A DNA stretch of 64,000 nucleotides. It comes from an uncultured Nitrososphaeraceae archaeon. Its GTDB lineage: Archaea > Thermoproteota > Nitrososphaeria > Nitrososphaerales > Nitrososphaeraceae. The stretch lies in the NCBI GenBank assembly GCA_963765895.1, contig CAVXZB010000047.1, positions 1 through 64,000 of the forward strand. The letters are read 5' to 3'. Position numbers and translations under genes: made by a program. Below are positions 46,223-58,580 of the stretch, one piece after another. The notes below the pieces were generated by a model. It had not been told where the DNA came from. It was given only the letters and a program-made list of their open reading frames with translations, and did not search any database. The stretch's first letter is position 1. Each line of letters opens with the position of its first letter.

Positions 46223-46648
46223 TCAATCTTCTACCGGCCAGTTACATTTAGTAACGAACTCCACAAGATTGCCTGCCGGATCTCGAAAGTATATAGACCT
46301 GCTATCTTGTTTTTCTACCCAGCTTGCCTCCATCTCGACATAAATTCCATTTTGTTTTAGGACATTTTTCCAGTCATCACAGTCTTCGTCTTCTATTTCT
46401 AAAGCAAAATGAATGCATGCAGGAGGAGTTATCGCTCCATGAGCTGGTAATTTCTTATTATTTCCATCTATACTTCTTGTGTTTTCAGGATTAAATATTA
46501 ATAGCATACTCTTACCAGCCTTTAGGAATACATGTCTTCCTTTTTCTTCAGAAATGAATTCAAGTCCTAGATTTTTAATGTAAAAATCCTTCATAGCTTC
46601 CAAGTCGGATGAATAAATGCATGTCTCTACAATCTTCCTGAACTTCAT
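46223..46648 (-). CDS. VOC/glyoxalase family protein
   Basis: DLEAMKDFY..LGL, HFAL, SIYFRDPAGNLVE. Confidence 0.92.
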   Translation of the reverse strand: MKFRKIVETCIYSSDLEAMKDFYIKNLGLEFISEEKGRHVFLKAGKSMLLIFNPENTRSIDGNNKKLPAHGAITPPACIHFALEIEDEDCDDWKNVLKQNGIYVEMEASWVEKQDSRSIYFRDPAGNLVEFVTKCNWPVED

Positions 46649-47330
46649 CTGGAACTGGAGATGGCATTACGCATTTATGACTTACTACTAGTAAAATAAA
46701 GATACTCCTCTTATTCTCACATTGTAATTGAAATGAGAATTATTATTTCTAAACGGGCCCTGAATTATGGATTAGCGCTCGTCTGATTCGTCGTCATTCT
46801 GGTCGTCAAATGCGTCATGTTGATTCAGATTCAACATAGCATATCGTATTAACGTAGTTGATATTCATCATACAATATTCCGTTGTTCGGTCGTACGGAT
46901 CATTTTTCACAGTCAAGATAATGTCTGGTCAGTCTCAAACTCCAATATTTATTAAGTTGCTAATATTTATAAAACCAGAATAGTTTAATCTATATTTTAA
47001 GAATTGTTATAGATATTCGCTACAATCTACGATTAGCATAGGTATAAGCCCAACTATAATAAGGATACATAATAAGAAACCTCGCCAGTATCAGAATTCT
47101 GATGAGGTATGACTAGTCAGCATGAGCATATGATTAGAATAGAACATATTAAAAATAATTTCATGGGAAACAATTAATTTTACAGCACAACAGTCAGTCA
47201 ATGTAGAAGTTTGAATAATCCGAATTAATACCAAAGCAGTCCCTTAATCAAATTTGTATGTAGTGATCAAGAAACATACATTGCTTAGAGTCAATCAACT
47301 AATCATCATCGATTATCATGAAGAATCACT

Positions 47331-47665
47331 TTATAATGGTCCCGAAGCTGTCGGTAACAAAACACCGACTATTGAAGCGATGATCCATATGATTACTGCG
47401 ACTAATATCGATTTTAACCAGCCCATCTTGTATAACCTTTTTAAAGAAATTAGCCATACAATTCCACCAACAATTGCTGCCACCAATCCATTTCCCAGTA
47501 GATATAGATTACTGTGTAAATCACGGCTCCAATAACAGCAGTTATAAAGGCAATTTTGACGCTTTCTCTTTCTCCAAAGAGCTTAGTAACTATAAAGATT
47601 ATTATTGTCGATATAACTAATCCTATTAGGAAAGTAATTATTGTCCAAGGTGTTACTAATGCCAA
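47331..47665 (-). pseudogene. small 4-TM membrane protein, frameshifted
   Basis: Second frame gives GNGLVAAIVGGIVWLISLKRLYKMGWLKS..LPTASGPL. Confidence 0.7.
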
Positions 47666-47694
47666 GTAAGGTCAGTATACAATAGACCTAATAT

Positions 47695-47803
47695 TAACAA
47701 ACTAACAAACTAACAAACTAACAAACTAACAAACTAACAAACTAACAAACTAACAAACTAACAAACTAACAAACTAACAAACTAACAAACTAAACAAACT
47801 AAA
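47695..47803. repeat. 8-bp tandem repeat (TAACAAAC)x12 plus a degenerate copy
   Basis: Counted directly, 47695-47790 perfect. Confidence 0.97.
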
Positions 47804-48256
47804 TGCTTTTAATGCAGAAGATGATTCTTTTTTTATGATATTATCATCGATATCCATCATATTAATTCATTATGCCAAGATAGGTCGGTGGAGAAAATGC
47901 TTCAGATACCTCCCATCCAACGAATAAGTTCTATTTTCAGTCAAAGAGAACAGACACGTTAATTGATCATATATTCATGGTACCGAACTGCCTCACTATC
48001 AGGAGAGAAAAATTATCCTTGTGATCAGGGCTTGGTATAACGAAGTTTTAAGTATATGAATATAAGTATGCGATATTGGGCAAGGACACAGCAGATATCG
48101 TATTTGTTTGTGGAAATCCGGGTTATTTGTCATTATTGTTTCAATCAGGATTGATTACACTTTAGGTAGAATATGACTTGTATAGATCTTGACAAGAATA
48201 TACTAAATTTCAGACTTTTGTGTTCTTCCATGTCCCATTTTTGGTATCTATTGAGG

Positions 48257-49645
48257 CTATGGCAAATCTGGTATCTGTGGCAGTATCGGATGTGCCTGCC
48301 CTAAAGATTGGTCCTGAGTTGATGAAAATGATGTAATTTGACGCGCTCCAAGTATAGTCGTAATATTCAATATTTGTCCTTCTCTATTTACTTTTAAACC
48401 TACCGTATCCCCTACAGATTTATGTCCATCGAGATAATTGATTATGTCATCAATTTGCCTGACAGGATGTCCATCAATCGCTATAATTATATCTGGTATC
48501 TGTGTAACTCGGTTACTACTGCTTCTAAATGTCAGAGCATTATTACTGTTGATAGTATTCTCATTACTAGACTGATTCAAACCTCTTAATCCTGCTTTAT
48601 CTGCAGGACTACCCGCTTGAATTGTAGCTATCATAACTCCTTTGTAATTCTTAGGTAAGCCGCTGCTGTTAGACACTTCTGACGTAATTTTACCACCGCT
48701 AATTCCTAGCCAAGGATGACTATAACTTCCATTTTGAATTAATTTTGGAACTACACGGGCTATATCACTAGAATGGATTGCAAAGCCTACTCCAGAATAT
48801 GTTCCTGTATCTGAAATGATGGCAGTATTCATTCCAATCACACGACCCTGCATATTTAATAGCGGACCACCAGAATTGCCAGGATTAATTACGGCACTAG
48901 TTTGGATGGTGTTTGCTATTGAATACCCAGTATCTGGATTTGGTAAAAGACGCGCCATTTGACTTATAATACCTGTTGTCATGCTACCACTGAGACCAAA
49001 CGGATTACCGATGGCTATAACCTGCTGACCTACTTGTAAATTAGAAGAATTTGTAATTGAGAGTGGAACAAGTTTTTCATCAGAAAAGCTACCAATAAGT
49101 TGAAGTACTGCAATATCGCTAAATGGATCTCGTCCTATAACCTTAGCTTGGTATGTGTTCCCGTCTGTAAAAGACACATCCACCAACTTATTAGCAGTAT
49201 TAGAAGTATCTGGTACTACATGATCATTAGTTACGATATGTCCTTTCTTATCATAAATAAACCCAGAACCCAACGCAGTACTATTTCCACTCAGGCGCTT
49301 TCCATTTATTATAATAACTTCATTTGGATTTGAAATTGTACTTGTTATTTGTACAACAGAGTTTTTTATGCGCTTGAATATATCAGTAAGAGATAATGGC
49401 AAAGAAAAAGATTCAGTAGAGTTTGATATGCGCTGATTTATAGTTTGATTGACTCGCGGGTGGGCGGTTAATGTAGACAGTGCAGCAAAACTATAAGCTT
49501 TGTGTTGATATTCTCTTTGCGCAACGGTCATATCGTTTATGAATGAGGATAACGACGATAAAATTGTTAGAGATATGATTGAGAAACATAATAGTACTAT
49601 TAATAATGTATAAAGTGCTCCGCGACACAATCTTCTGTTTAGCAT
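48257..49645 (-). CDS. HtrA/DegP-like serine protease with PDZ domain
   Basis: GSGF, TNDHV, DIAVL, INPGNSGGPL; PDZ; N-terminal TM. Confidence 0.95.
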   Translation of the reverse strand: MLNRRLCRGALYTLLIVLLCFSIISLTILSSLSSFINDMTVAQREYQHKAYSFAALSTLTAHPRVNQTINQRISNSTESFSLPLSLTDIFKRIKNSVVQITSTISNPNEVIIINGKRLSGNSTALGSGFIYDKKGHIVTNDHVVPDTSNTANKLVDVSFTDGNTYQAKVIGRDPFSDIAVLQLIGSFSDEKLVPLSITNSSNLQVGQQVIAIGNPFGLSGSMTTGIISQMARLLPNPDTGYSIANTIQTSAVINPGNSGGPLLNMQGRVIGMNTAIISDTGTYSGVGFAIHSSDIARVVPKLIQNGSYSHPWLGISGGKITSEVSNSSGLPKNYKGVMIATIQAGSPADKAGLRGLNQSSNENTINSNNALTFRSSSNRVTQIPDIIIAIDGHPVRQIDDIINYLDGHKSVGDTVGLKVNREGQILNITTILGARQITSFSSTQDQSLGQAHPILPQIPDLP

Positions 49646-49861
49646 TAAAGTGAAATATCAATTCTTTTAATACTAATTTATACATTAGCATAAGCAATCC
49701 GAGTAGGTCCCATTTATCAGTTTGTTATAAATGACAACCGTGTGACAGTAAGTTATATCTACGAATCCAATCACTGGCGAATATGAGATTATATTCCTAC
49801 GGACAGCACAATTAGGAACAAGACATCATCATTATCTCTTATCTAACGGCTTGACTATTAT

Positions 49862-50137
49862 TCAATGTCTTGTATTGCCTGAATCTTGTTGAAAGTTATT
49901 ATTATTATTATTGTTATGTTTGAGTTTATCAACTGTCCCAGTAAAATTTCTACTTAAATCACTGAATATATCATAATAAATGATGCTATGGACTTTGTTA
50001 TGGTTACTGTTACTATCTTGGGAATATGCAAAAATATTCTCTGCAGACTGATGATTCAAAGCTACTGCTGCTAAAAATGCCGCAGCTACGCTTATTACAC
50101 CGATTGCTGGCCTTTGTAAACACAAACCCTCTAACAT
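49862..50137 (-). CDS. small secreted hypothetical protein
   Basis: Hydrophobic leader ending IFA; N-rich tail. Confidence 0.45.
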   Translation of the reverse strand: MLEGLCLQRPAIGVISVAAAFLAAVALNHQSAENIFAYSQDSNSNHNKVHSIIYYDIFSDLSRNFTGTVDKLKHNNNNNNNFQQDSGNTRH

Positions 50138-50273
50138 ATTGTCTACCAGTTATATATATTCTGGCTATAGTCTTTATATAGTATGTTGTTTTCTACTTTC
50201 AAATTGCATGCTATCTAATTATATACTATGAGAAATGCACTCAATTAAATATCATTAATTTATTCTCAGTATC

Positions 50274-52065
50274 GTGCAATTGAGTCCTAATTCCTGGGAT
50301 AGATTTTTCATGATATTAATCTCTAAAGAGATTTTTTTCCTGACAACTGCAATTTTGGCGATATTTTTAATTCAATCTTGTTCGGGATATTGGGCCAGAA
50401 CATTACCAGTTTTTGCTTCCAATACCATTAATTATATCAATAATAATAATGGTAATAATAATAGTAATAATAATGGCGACATAGATTCTGGAATAAAAGT
50501 AGACAGTTATCCCATAGGAATTGCAGTTAATTCTGCTACTGGCAAGATATATGTAGCAAATGAATTCTCAAACACCATATCAGTCATAGATGAAAGTACA
50601 GATAAAGTACAGACAACTATCAAAGTAGACAGTTTTCCATATGGTATAGACATCAACCCCCTGACTAATAGAGTGTATGTAGCAAATAGAGGTTCGAACA
50701 CCATATCAGTCATAGATGGTTCAACAAACCTTAAGATGGCCGATGTTCATGTAGGCAATAGTCCGATAGATGTTGCCGTCAATCCTTCCTCAAGTCTGGT
50801 ATATGTTACTAATATAGAATCTGCAACAGTTTCTGTAATAGATGGAATTACCAACACTATTTCTTCCACGATAAAAGTTGGTAGTATTCCCTATGCGATT
50901 GCAGTTAACCCTGTAACAAATATGGTATATGTTACTGATATAGGAGGCGGCAGAATATCTGTATTACAAAACTCAAAAAATGCTAGCGACAATAATAGTA
51001 ATAGTAATAGTAATAACATTAATGTAGCCAGAACATTCGAAAAAATTAATGGTTTTATTGCACCTGCAGGTATTGCGATTAATATTTCTACGAATAAAGC
51101 ATATGTCAGTGACTATGCTTCTAATACTGTATTTGTTATCGATCTTAAGACTAATAGTGTGATTCACAGAATCAAGGTTGGAACTAACCCCGTAGGCATA
51201 TCAGTAAATCCTATTTCAAACAGGATCTATGTTATCAATGTCGGAGATAGTACGGTGTCTGTAATAGATGGTTCCAACTATAAAATACTCGTTAATAACA
51301 GCTCGATGACCAGAACTCCATTTATAGAGCCGTCTTTTGATCATAATGGTTCGTCAACGAAAATACCTGTTAATGTAAAATTTCCATTAATCGCAAGTTT
51401 TACCGCTGTTAATTCTGCCACGAACAAGATATATGTTACAAATACAGCTTCTAATACCGTTTCAGTTATAGATGGTAATAAAGATGCAGTATTGGTGAAA
51501 TTAAATTTCAGGTACTAATCCCGCAAATGCTGGAGAAATAGTTTGCAATGGAGTAAAAAGTCTTGGTACGAATTCTACTTTATACTCAAAAGGAGAATTG
51601 ATACAATGTGTCGCAAATCCTCATCATGGATATAGCTTTGATTCTTGGTCTGGTATGACCAATAGCATAAGCAACCCTTTGAGTATTCGGATCTTGCAGT
51701 TTGGAACTACACTATCTGCTAATTTTGAACCAACTCTTCCACCAGAAACTTATCTTTTAATAGGACTGGCTATTGTTGGTTCAATACCTATCTTCATAGG
51801 TTGGTATAATAAAGATAGGCAAAAACATTTCTTGAACATATACTTGAACAAAATAGAAAGTATTTATGATACCTTCTTTCAGGATACAAGCTTTAATAGA
51901 GAAGAATATGTTATGCGATTAGAACAGATAAGAAAGGAAATACTTCGCTTATTTAGAAATGGAAAGATATCTGATGCTCATTATACTATTTTAGACAAAA
52001 AAACAACTGATTATATTTCATTAGGATTAATAAATACGGATCATGAGAAAAAGAGCAATTCATGA
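50274..52065 (+). CDS. YVTN beta-propeller surface protein with C-terminal Ig-like repeat, TM and cytoplasmic tail; frameshift near 51510
   Basis: Repeated IAVN..KIYVAN..SNTISVIDG; removing one G fuses 50274..51518 with 51598..52065. Confidence 0.88.
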
Positions 52066-52627
52066 TTATAATTATTATAATGATAGATAGAAATGCATTA
52101 CCTCGAGTCAAAGAAAGTGATGACAGTAACAATTTTGATTTCTTCTCAAATTCAATTTCTTTCATGAATTTAGTATCAAGATCAGCTTACAAGCAGCATC
52201 TTGAAAAGTCATAGTAGAACCGATCCTTTCGAAACATCCTCTACATTTGATGGAAGCCCGTTCATGGCCTATCACAACTCTTGTGTGTTCTCATTCGGTT
52301 ATAGTTAAGCGTATGACTTTGCACAATTGTCGTTAGAATTATTCATTTTACTGCAACCGGAATATTTTCTATTGAGTATTATTAGCTATTGTTTTAAAAA
52401 CACTGCTAAGCAAAATGTCTAAATGGAACTTCAAATTTTACTTCGAATTGGCCGATGTAGTTGCTACCATATGGAAAAAATTGCAGGTCCGACATCCATA
52501 CAAGTCTGTTTAGGGCTGCGTTATTTGTTTATAAGAATATTAACGCTCAGAACGTTAAAAGTGTTCTTGATACGCTGAAGTTAGTTGGCTTGGTACTACT
52601 AGAAAAAATAGGATGTACGCTTCCTAA

Positions 52628-53150
52628 TTATTGCCCTTTATTAAATTGATGCTGAATAGATGAATAGGATGATGCCCAAGCCTTTGCCAGATTTGAGTTA
52701 AATTCAGCAGTAGCTTCGACTGTTCTACTATAGTTTTTTACATTTTCTCTTAATGCGTTTAATACATTGATTGTTAGCTGGTGGTTGATATCTGCCATTC
52801 TAATAATGTTGTTTGTAGAATCATTTGATTGTTTTATTAGTCCCTGAATATATGGTGCTGCTGTGTCTGAAACGATGAGATTATTGAAATTGCTGTTGCT
52901 GTTTGCAAACTGCTTTTGGACTGAAGTTGTTGTCTGAATGGCGTTCCGCGATGCTTCTATGTATTCTTGCTGCAAATTGGAGATTGCTTGTGCATATTCT
53001 GGTTGAACCTTTGCAGATTCATTTATCAATTTTGTAAAGTTTTCGTTTGCTACATCGAAGAGAGTTGTACCATCGGTAGTTGCTGAAGTATCTTTCGTAA
53101 CTCTTGGATTATCTCTTGATGTTTTATTTTCTGATGACATAACTCCCAAT
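52628..53150 (-). CDS. all-helical hypothetical protein (phasin-like)
   Basis: QPEYAQAISNLQQEYIEA..SVQKQF..AKAWASSY; similar to 7634..8179; start uncertain. Confidence 0.6.
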
Positions 53151-54231
53151 GATACCGATCCATATATAAATATTGGTATTAAATGGTAATTAATACCAAC
53201 GACGCCCACAGATAGATAATTTGTATCTGATAACTGATGACCATATTACAATAATTTCTCACTAGTCACCACTATGCAACAACCTCTGGAATTGATAATG
53301 CCTATGGTAAATGTTAGCGCCTTTCTCTAATCGGTCTGAGATATAACAAAACATGTTAATGACAGAATTTTGAATTTAAAATCTATCGAAACCTTTCAAT
53401 TAATGTAGGATCATGTTGATTCAAATAAAGTTTTGAGATAATACCAGTAATTTATCATATTACATTACAGATATTATCACAATTATGGCATCAAAAGTAG
53501 GGGACATTTCTCTATTATAACATTACTCCTTTTTCTCATTTTATTATCTTGGGTATACTAACAAGCATTATCGTATTAGCTGGTTCGGTGGTATCGGTTG
53601 TGCTAACGCTTGGAGAAAAATTCCAATTCAAATTGAGGTAGGTCAATTAATTATATTTCGTAATGTTCGAATGTTGATTGTAAATAGCAGAAAGATTATA
53701 CAGAAATTATTGGTTTTGGTCTTTTTTTACTCATAATAGCATCATCAGGAATTGCGTTATCTAATATGATTAGCAGTTTGTCTAACCAAGTTTGAATTCT
53801 CAATCCAGTAACCGATCCAATGTTTCATTATTTGTATTTAATACAGTCATATTGATAAAGGCAAATGAAATTTTATCAAACCATCCTTGGTTATCTAATC
53901 TTTGTTTGATTTATATGATTGACATTGGTCCTGCTCCATAACTTACACACTGTTGTTTAAGTTGGTCTATTGAAAGTAGTAAATTAAGAAATTGCTTGAC
54001 GATGAATACTCGTATTATCTGGTTGACTCTACTAGGTTAAGACTTGTTCCTTTATTGTTGTGGCGTCTTGTCCTGGTCAGTTTCTGCTCATGTGTATATT
54101 GACAAACATAAGGCGACTAGTAAGTTCTAGCATTTAAGATATTCATTACAGTTGAGCGTCGCATTAGTTATATGTACGCTAATGAAGTCTTTATATTACT
54201 TTACTACTCTGACAATACAATTGATTTTAAC

Positions 54232-54768
54232 ATGACAACAGCAAATCCAGTCATTAATGAAGAAAAACTTCAACAATTTATTGGAGAGGTATTATCAGAT
54301 TTTGGTGGTGCGGCAAGTGCAGTTTTAACCTACAATGGGGATAAACTTGGCCTGTACAAAGCTATGTATGATTTTAGAAAACCAATAACATCACAAGAAC
54401 TTGCAAATGTTACTGGAACATCAGAGCTTTATATGAGAGAATGGCTTGCAAACCAGGCTGCCGGTGGATACATCACATACGATTCTTCATCTCAAAAATA
54501 TGCCTTTCCGATTGAACATGCAGAAGCATTGGTTAACGAAGCTAGTGCGGCTTATATCGCCGGAGGTTTTCAGGTATTAATGTCTTTTTACAAGGATGCG
54601 CCAAAATTATTGGACGCGTTTGCAACTGGCAAAGGAATAGCATTGGGAGAACATGATAAAGACCTATTTGAAGGAACAGAAAGAATGTTTAAGCCAGGAT
54701 ATATGGCAAATCTGGTAAGTTCCTGGATCCCGGCACTTGATAATGGCAATGTAGAACAGGCTACTTAA
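54232..54768 (+). pseudogene. wHTH plus SAM methyltransferase (Rv2258c-like), truncated before motif I
   Basis: GDKLGLYKAM, REWLANQAAGGY, SSWIPALD then stop. Confidence 0.82.
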
Positions 54769-54782
54769 AATTGGGCTCCTCA

Positions 54783-55082
54783 CTAGTACATATTTTTGTC
54801 GATTATGTCTGGAAGTCCAACATTTACTAAATTATGATAAAGTCCAAGAAAATAGAGGCCTTCGCTAGTTGTTTTATAGGTTTTTTCTCCCTTTTGATAT
54901 TCCAATAGATTATTTTGAAGCAGCAGTCTTGAGTATTCCTTTAGTAGATAATATGGAAGGCCAGATTTATTCGAAATATTACCAATTCTTACGTTATTGC
55001 CATTTCCAATCTCAAGAATTTCTGAAAATATATCTAATCTACCTCGATGCTTTCTATTGAAGATATATGTCATATACCACAC
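54783..55082 (-). CDS. winged-helix transcriptional regulator
   Basis: RGRLDIFSEILE..LLQNNLLEY..YKTTSEGLYFL. Confidence 0.85.
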   Translation of the reverse strand: MWYMTYIFNRKHRGRLDIFSEILEIGNGNNVRIGNISNKSGLPYYLLKEYSRLLLQNNLLEYQKGEKTYKTTSEGLYFLGLYHNLVNVGLPDIIDKNMY

Positions 55083-55091
55083 TCAATGTTA

Positions 55092-55355
55092 TTATATACA
55101 ATGTTCAAAAGACCTAGGAATTAGTATTACAGCCATACGCCCGGAAAGGCAAGTTGAATTTATTGTAGAATTATTTAACATTTTACCACATAAGCTACAA
55201 AAAGAGGCATAGCATGTTAAACAATAAATAATACAGTGACTTGCATTTCTGAATCTCGCAGAAACGAAATCATGCTCATGCGCAATCGTACTATTACTAC
55301 TGAGGCTTCTCATAGTAATCATGCAATGTCTTGATCTTTCTCTTCTATTTACCAT
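55092..55355 (-). CDS. small Cys-rich zinc-finger protein, paralog 2
   Basis: HDFVSAR..CLTC..FCSLCGK. Confidence 0.65.
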   Translation of the reverse strand: MVNRRERSRHCMITMRSLSSNSTIAHEHDFVSARFRNASHCIIYCLTCYASFCSLCGKMLNNSTINSTCLSGRMAVILIPRSFEHCI

Positions 55356-55645
55356 TTATGATATAGTTAATAGTGATTTATACTTAAAGTATTACTGAAC
55401 TATGTCAATTAACAAAGCTAATTGATATTATTTAATTATCCTCTTATAATGACTATCAACATGAAGGCAGACAATAACACCTAGGTATCAGTATAAATGA
55501 ACTCTCCAGGTTCTATTCTCTTTTTATTTGACATATTATAAACATTGTAGTCGTAGATTTTCCAAACTCTACAGAGACGAGCGATTGATAACTAACTTTG
55601 TTAAACATGATTTATTATATACAGATACTCTTTATAATAACGATT

Positions 55646-56170
55646 ATGACATTAAGGAAAACAACCGATTCAATACCTCTAGTCATAGGTATCGCATTGA
55701 TTGCTACAATGGTAATTGCTGGTGGAATGACAATTATCACTACAAAGAACGTATTTGCACAAGGAGTCGAGAAGAAGTTCACCGCTACACTATCAGGTAA
55801 AAATGAAGTCCCGGGTAAAGATACCAAAGCAACTGGAATTGTGGAATTTACTCTTAGTAGAGACGTAAAGACAATGACATACAAAGTAGATGTTAAAGAT
55901 ATAGACAAAGCTACAATGGCTCACATACATCAAGGTAAAACTGGTGAAAACGGTCCTGTTATTGTAACTTTATTTAAAGCCACAACAGCTACTGGTTCTA
56001 AGAATGGAATATTAGCACAAGGCACTATTACTTTGGATAAACTAGAAGGACCACTGAAAGGCAAGCAGATTTCAGATCTAGTCAAACTAATCGAAGATGG
56101 TAATACCTATGCAAATGTTCATACACAACAAAATCCAAAAGGTGAGATAAGAGGACAAATATCGAAGTAA
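55646..56170 (+). CDS. secreted CHRD domain protein
   Basis: LSGKNEVP, AHIHQG..GENGP, YANVHT..PKGEIRGQI; signal peptide ending VFA. Confidence 0.92.
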   Translation: MTLRKTTDSIPLVIGIALIATMVIAGGMTIITTKNVFAQGVEKKFTATLSGKNEVPGKDTKATGIVEFTLSRDVKTMTYKVDVKDIDKATMAHIHQGKTGENGPVIVTLFKATTATGSKNGILAQGTITLDKLEGPLKGKQISDLVKLIEDGNTYANVHTQQNPKGEIRGQISK

Positions 56171-56334
56171 AGAAAGCATACCTTACTTGTCCTTTAATTC
56201 CAACATTTTTGCACTAGATAATAATAATATCATCAAGGAATTGAGATAAGTTCAATATATTTTGTCGTTGTGTGTTATCTACTAAGTAAAGAACAGTTAA
56301 GGGATAATAGTTATGTTATACATCCTCTCCTAAA

Positions 56335-57230
56335 TTGAATAACAAGAATCGATGGTCGGTAATTATTATAATTACTGCCATTGTGCTTGTAAGTATAACC
56401 ATAGCTAATTCATTTTATTATTTTGGAATTACGAGACCCACTACTACTTCCATTACTACTCCACCTAAATTCAAGGTAAGGGAAATCTATCCCACAAAGA
56501 CCGGAGGAAGAGAATGGTTTATCAACATGAATGATCCAACAAGTGATGGGATATTCCATCCGGTTCTCAAATCATTAGACAGGCAGATGGCTCATGGCAA
56601 GTAGAGGGTAGACAGACAAATAGTAAATTTGGTAACGAGGTAAGAATGGGTGTCTATACTCCTCAAGGTCAAGAACCTTGGAAAAACGTAGAGATGACAG
56701 GCTATGCTAAGGTTATATCGGCAAATTCTCTTTCAGATGATCATCTTGATTGGTATGCTAGAGGAGATATACATACACCTGATGCCCCATGCGCTGGTAC
56801 AGCTCTGAAAGGCTGTTTAAGTGTTAGCGGGGTTGCATCTTGGGTAAAAGAGATATGGTTTCCTGGTGGTTATACTGATCAGAGAAACACAGTTCATGTT
56901 ACTAGCGATGATAATTCGATATTAGGTAGATGGATTGGTTGGAAGGTGGTTATGTATGATATAAATAATAAGGACAAAGCTGTAAAAATGGAAACGTATT
57001 TAGATGATCAAGACAACAATCATTGGAAAAAGGTAACCAGTCTTGTAGATGACGGTGGATGATATGCTAGAGCATCAGACGAAGATTTCTATAGTGCAGG
57101 CTGCGGAAAACCCAAAGATTATATAATTACAAACTCAGGTCCTGTAGCTACATTCAGATCCGACAATATGATTTGGGACTTTACGGATCTGAGCATAAGA
57201 GAGATTCAACCTCCTCATAAAGTAACATAA
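56335..57230 (+). pseudogene. membrane-anchored ConA-like/carbohydrate-binding protein; frameshift plus in-frame TGA
   Basis: YPTKTGGREW, WKNVEMTGY, WIGWKVVMY; DDGG-TGA-Y at 57060 continues to FRSDN..LSIREIQPP. Confidence 0.75.
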
Positions 57231-57308
57231 ATATTCTATTCACCAATATAATGTGGTTCGCTAGCTAAATGACCATAATTATGATTTTTTAGACATTAAA
57301 TTCCTATT

Positions 57309-57965
57309 TTAGGTTTGATCATCCTCTTTTATATTTGCAGATATCCCATTACCCAATTCTTCAATAAAGGCAATTTCTGATAACGGCTTTCTTTGCCGTG
57401 GTGTAAATGCCTTTTGTATTAAACTTTTAGGCAATATGTGATGTGTGTCCTGGTATCCTATTGCAATCATAATGCCTACTTCAAAGTCTTCAGGGACATT
57501 GAAAACTTCCCTAGCCTTCTGCACATCAAAGCCGCCCATTTCATGCATGATTAAACCTTGATTGAATGCTTCAAGAAACATATTCTCGTTTGCTGCTCCT
57601 AAATCATGAAAATGAAGCCTATTATAATTTGAGTTATCAGAATAAGTTTTTTTGGTTATTGCGCAAATTAAGATTGGTGCTCTCTTGGCATAATCGTTTA
57701 TATCTTTTAGAACTGATTGTGCTTTCTTTAGTTTTTCAACATTATCACTTGTAAAAATAACGTAGCGCCATGGCTGCTCATTACGAGAGGATGGAGCCCA
57801 TCTAGCTGATTCTAAAATTGATAATAACTTTGATGTTTCTACAGGTCGGGTAGAAAATGCTCTTGCGCTCCACCTTCTTGCTATGAGCTCATTTATGGGA
57901 TAGTCTGAGTTCGCGGGTTTTGTTATTATTGTTGTTGTTGCTGCATCTTTATTCAAGTCGCTCAA
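57309..57965 (-). CDS. nitroreductase family protein
   Basis: RRWSARAF, ARWAPSSRNEQPW, DLGAA, MGGFD, RKPLSE. Confidence 0.95.
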   Translation of the reverse strand: MSDLNKDAATTTIITKPANSDYPINELIARRWSARAFSTRPVETSKLLSILESARWAPSSRNEQPWRYVIFTSDNVEKLKKAQSVLKDINDYAKRAPILICAITKKTYSDNSNYNRLHFHDLGAANENMFLEAFNQGLIMHEMGGFDVQKAREVFNVPEDFEVGIMIAIGYQDTHHILPKSLIQKAFTPRQRKPLSEIAFIEELGNGISANIKEDDQT

Positions 57966-58580
57966 AGAAACTCTTCAATTCTAACTTTATTGATAATGGT
58001 ATTTAATTAGATATGGATCCAAGTGCTCAACCCAGTTTTGAATACCATAGAGATTTTTATATATGATTCAATTTGTATATAGAAATCATTCATCACGGAG
58101 ATATCGGAAGTCATTTGTCTGGGCCTGGTCGTTTGTGAATTGCTATTGACACTATTTCTCGGCCCGAACAAATTATGTGACTGTGTAAAATCTGTCAATT
58201 ATGTCCGATTAAATCATTATCAATACAACCTGCTCAAGCAATCTGTGATTTGATGAATGATTTGACTGTATGCCCAGTTTCGGCGCGACAATATTATATA
58301 TTATGAAACAGGAATAAAAGCGCCGGACGGTCGATTTAAAAGATGAGTACATGTAGTCACGTCAGCAGATTATGATTTTAAAACTCATTGAATTCTCAGA
58401 ATACTGCTCCTTCTTAGACCTAACTTTCAAAAAAAGATTAAGTGATAACTTCAGTGATGGATATGGCAACAATCATATGGATTTCCGGTACTAAACCATT
58501 GGGGTTGCATTTTTCATCTGCGAAGGCTAGAGTAGAAGTCACTACCGCGAGGATAAAAGTAGCCAACGCTAAGGATGTTA

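Noticed and set aside
47695-47803. CRISPR array
   Set aside because: 8-bp head-to-tail units with no spacers and no cas genes.
50440-51020. AAT/CAA triplet runs (also near 930, 49900, 59750)
   Set aside because: Ordinary poly-Asn/Gln-type microsatellites, scattered across the window.
12957-57062. Stop-codon recoding (Sec, Pyl or alternative code) suggested by in-frame TGA/TAG plus a SelB-like gene
   Set aside because: The stops fall at positions expected to be Gly, Lys, Gln and Trp, each one substitution away. They are inconsistent with one another and not at catalytic Cys sites. TGA and TAG end intact genes normally.
58320-58340. GC-rich patch resembling a tRNA end
   Set aside because: No T-loop consensus or cloverleaf.
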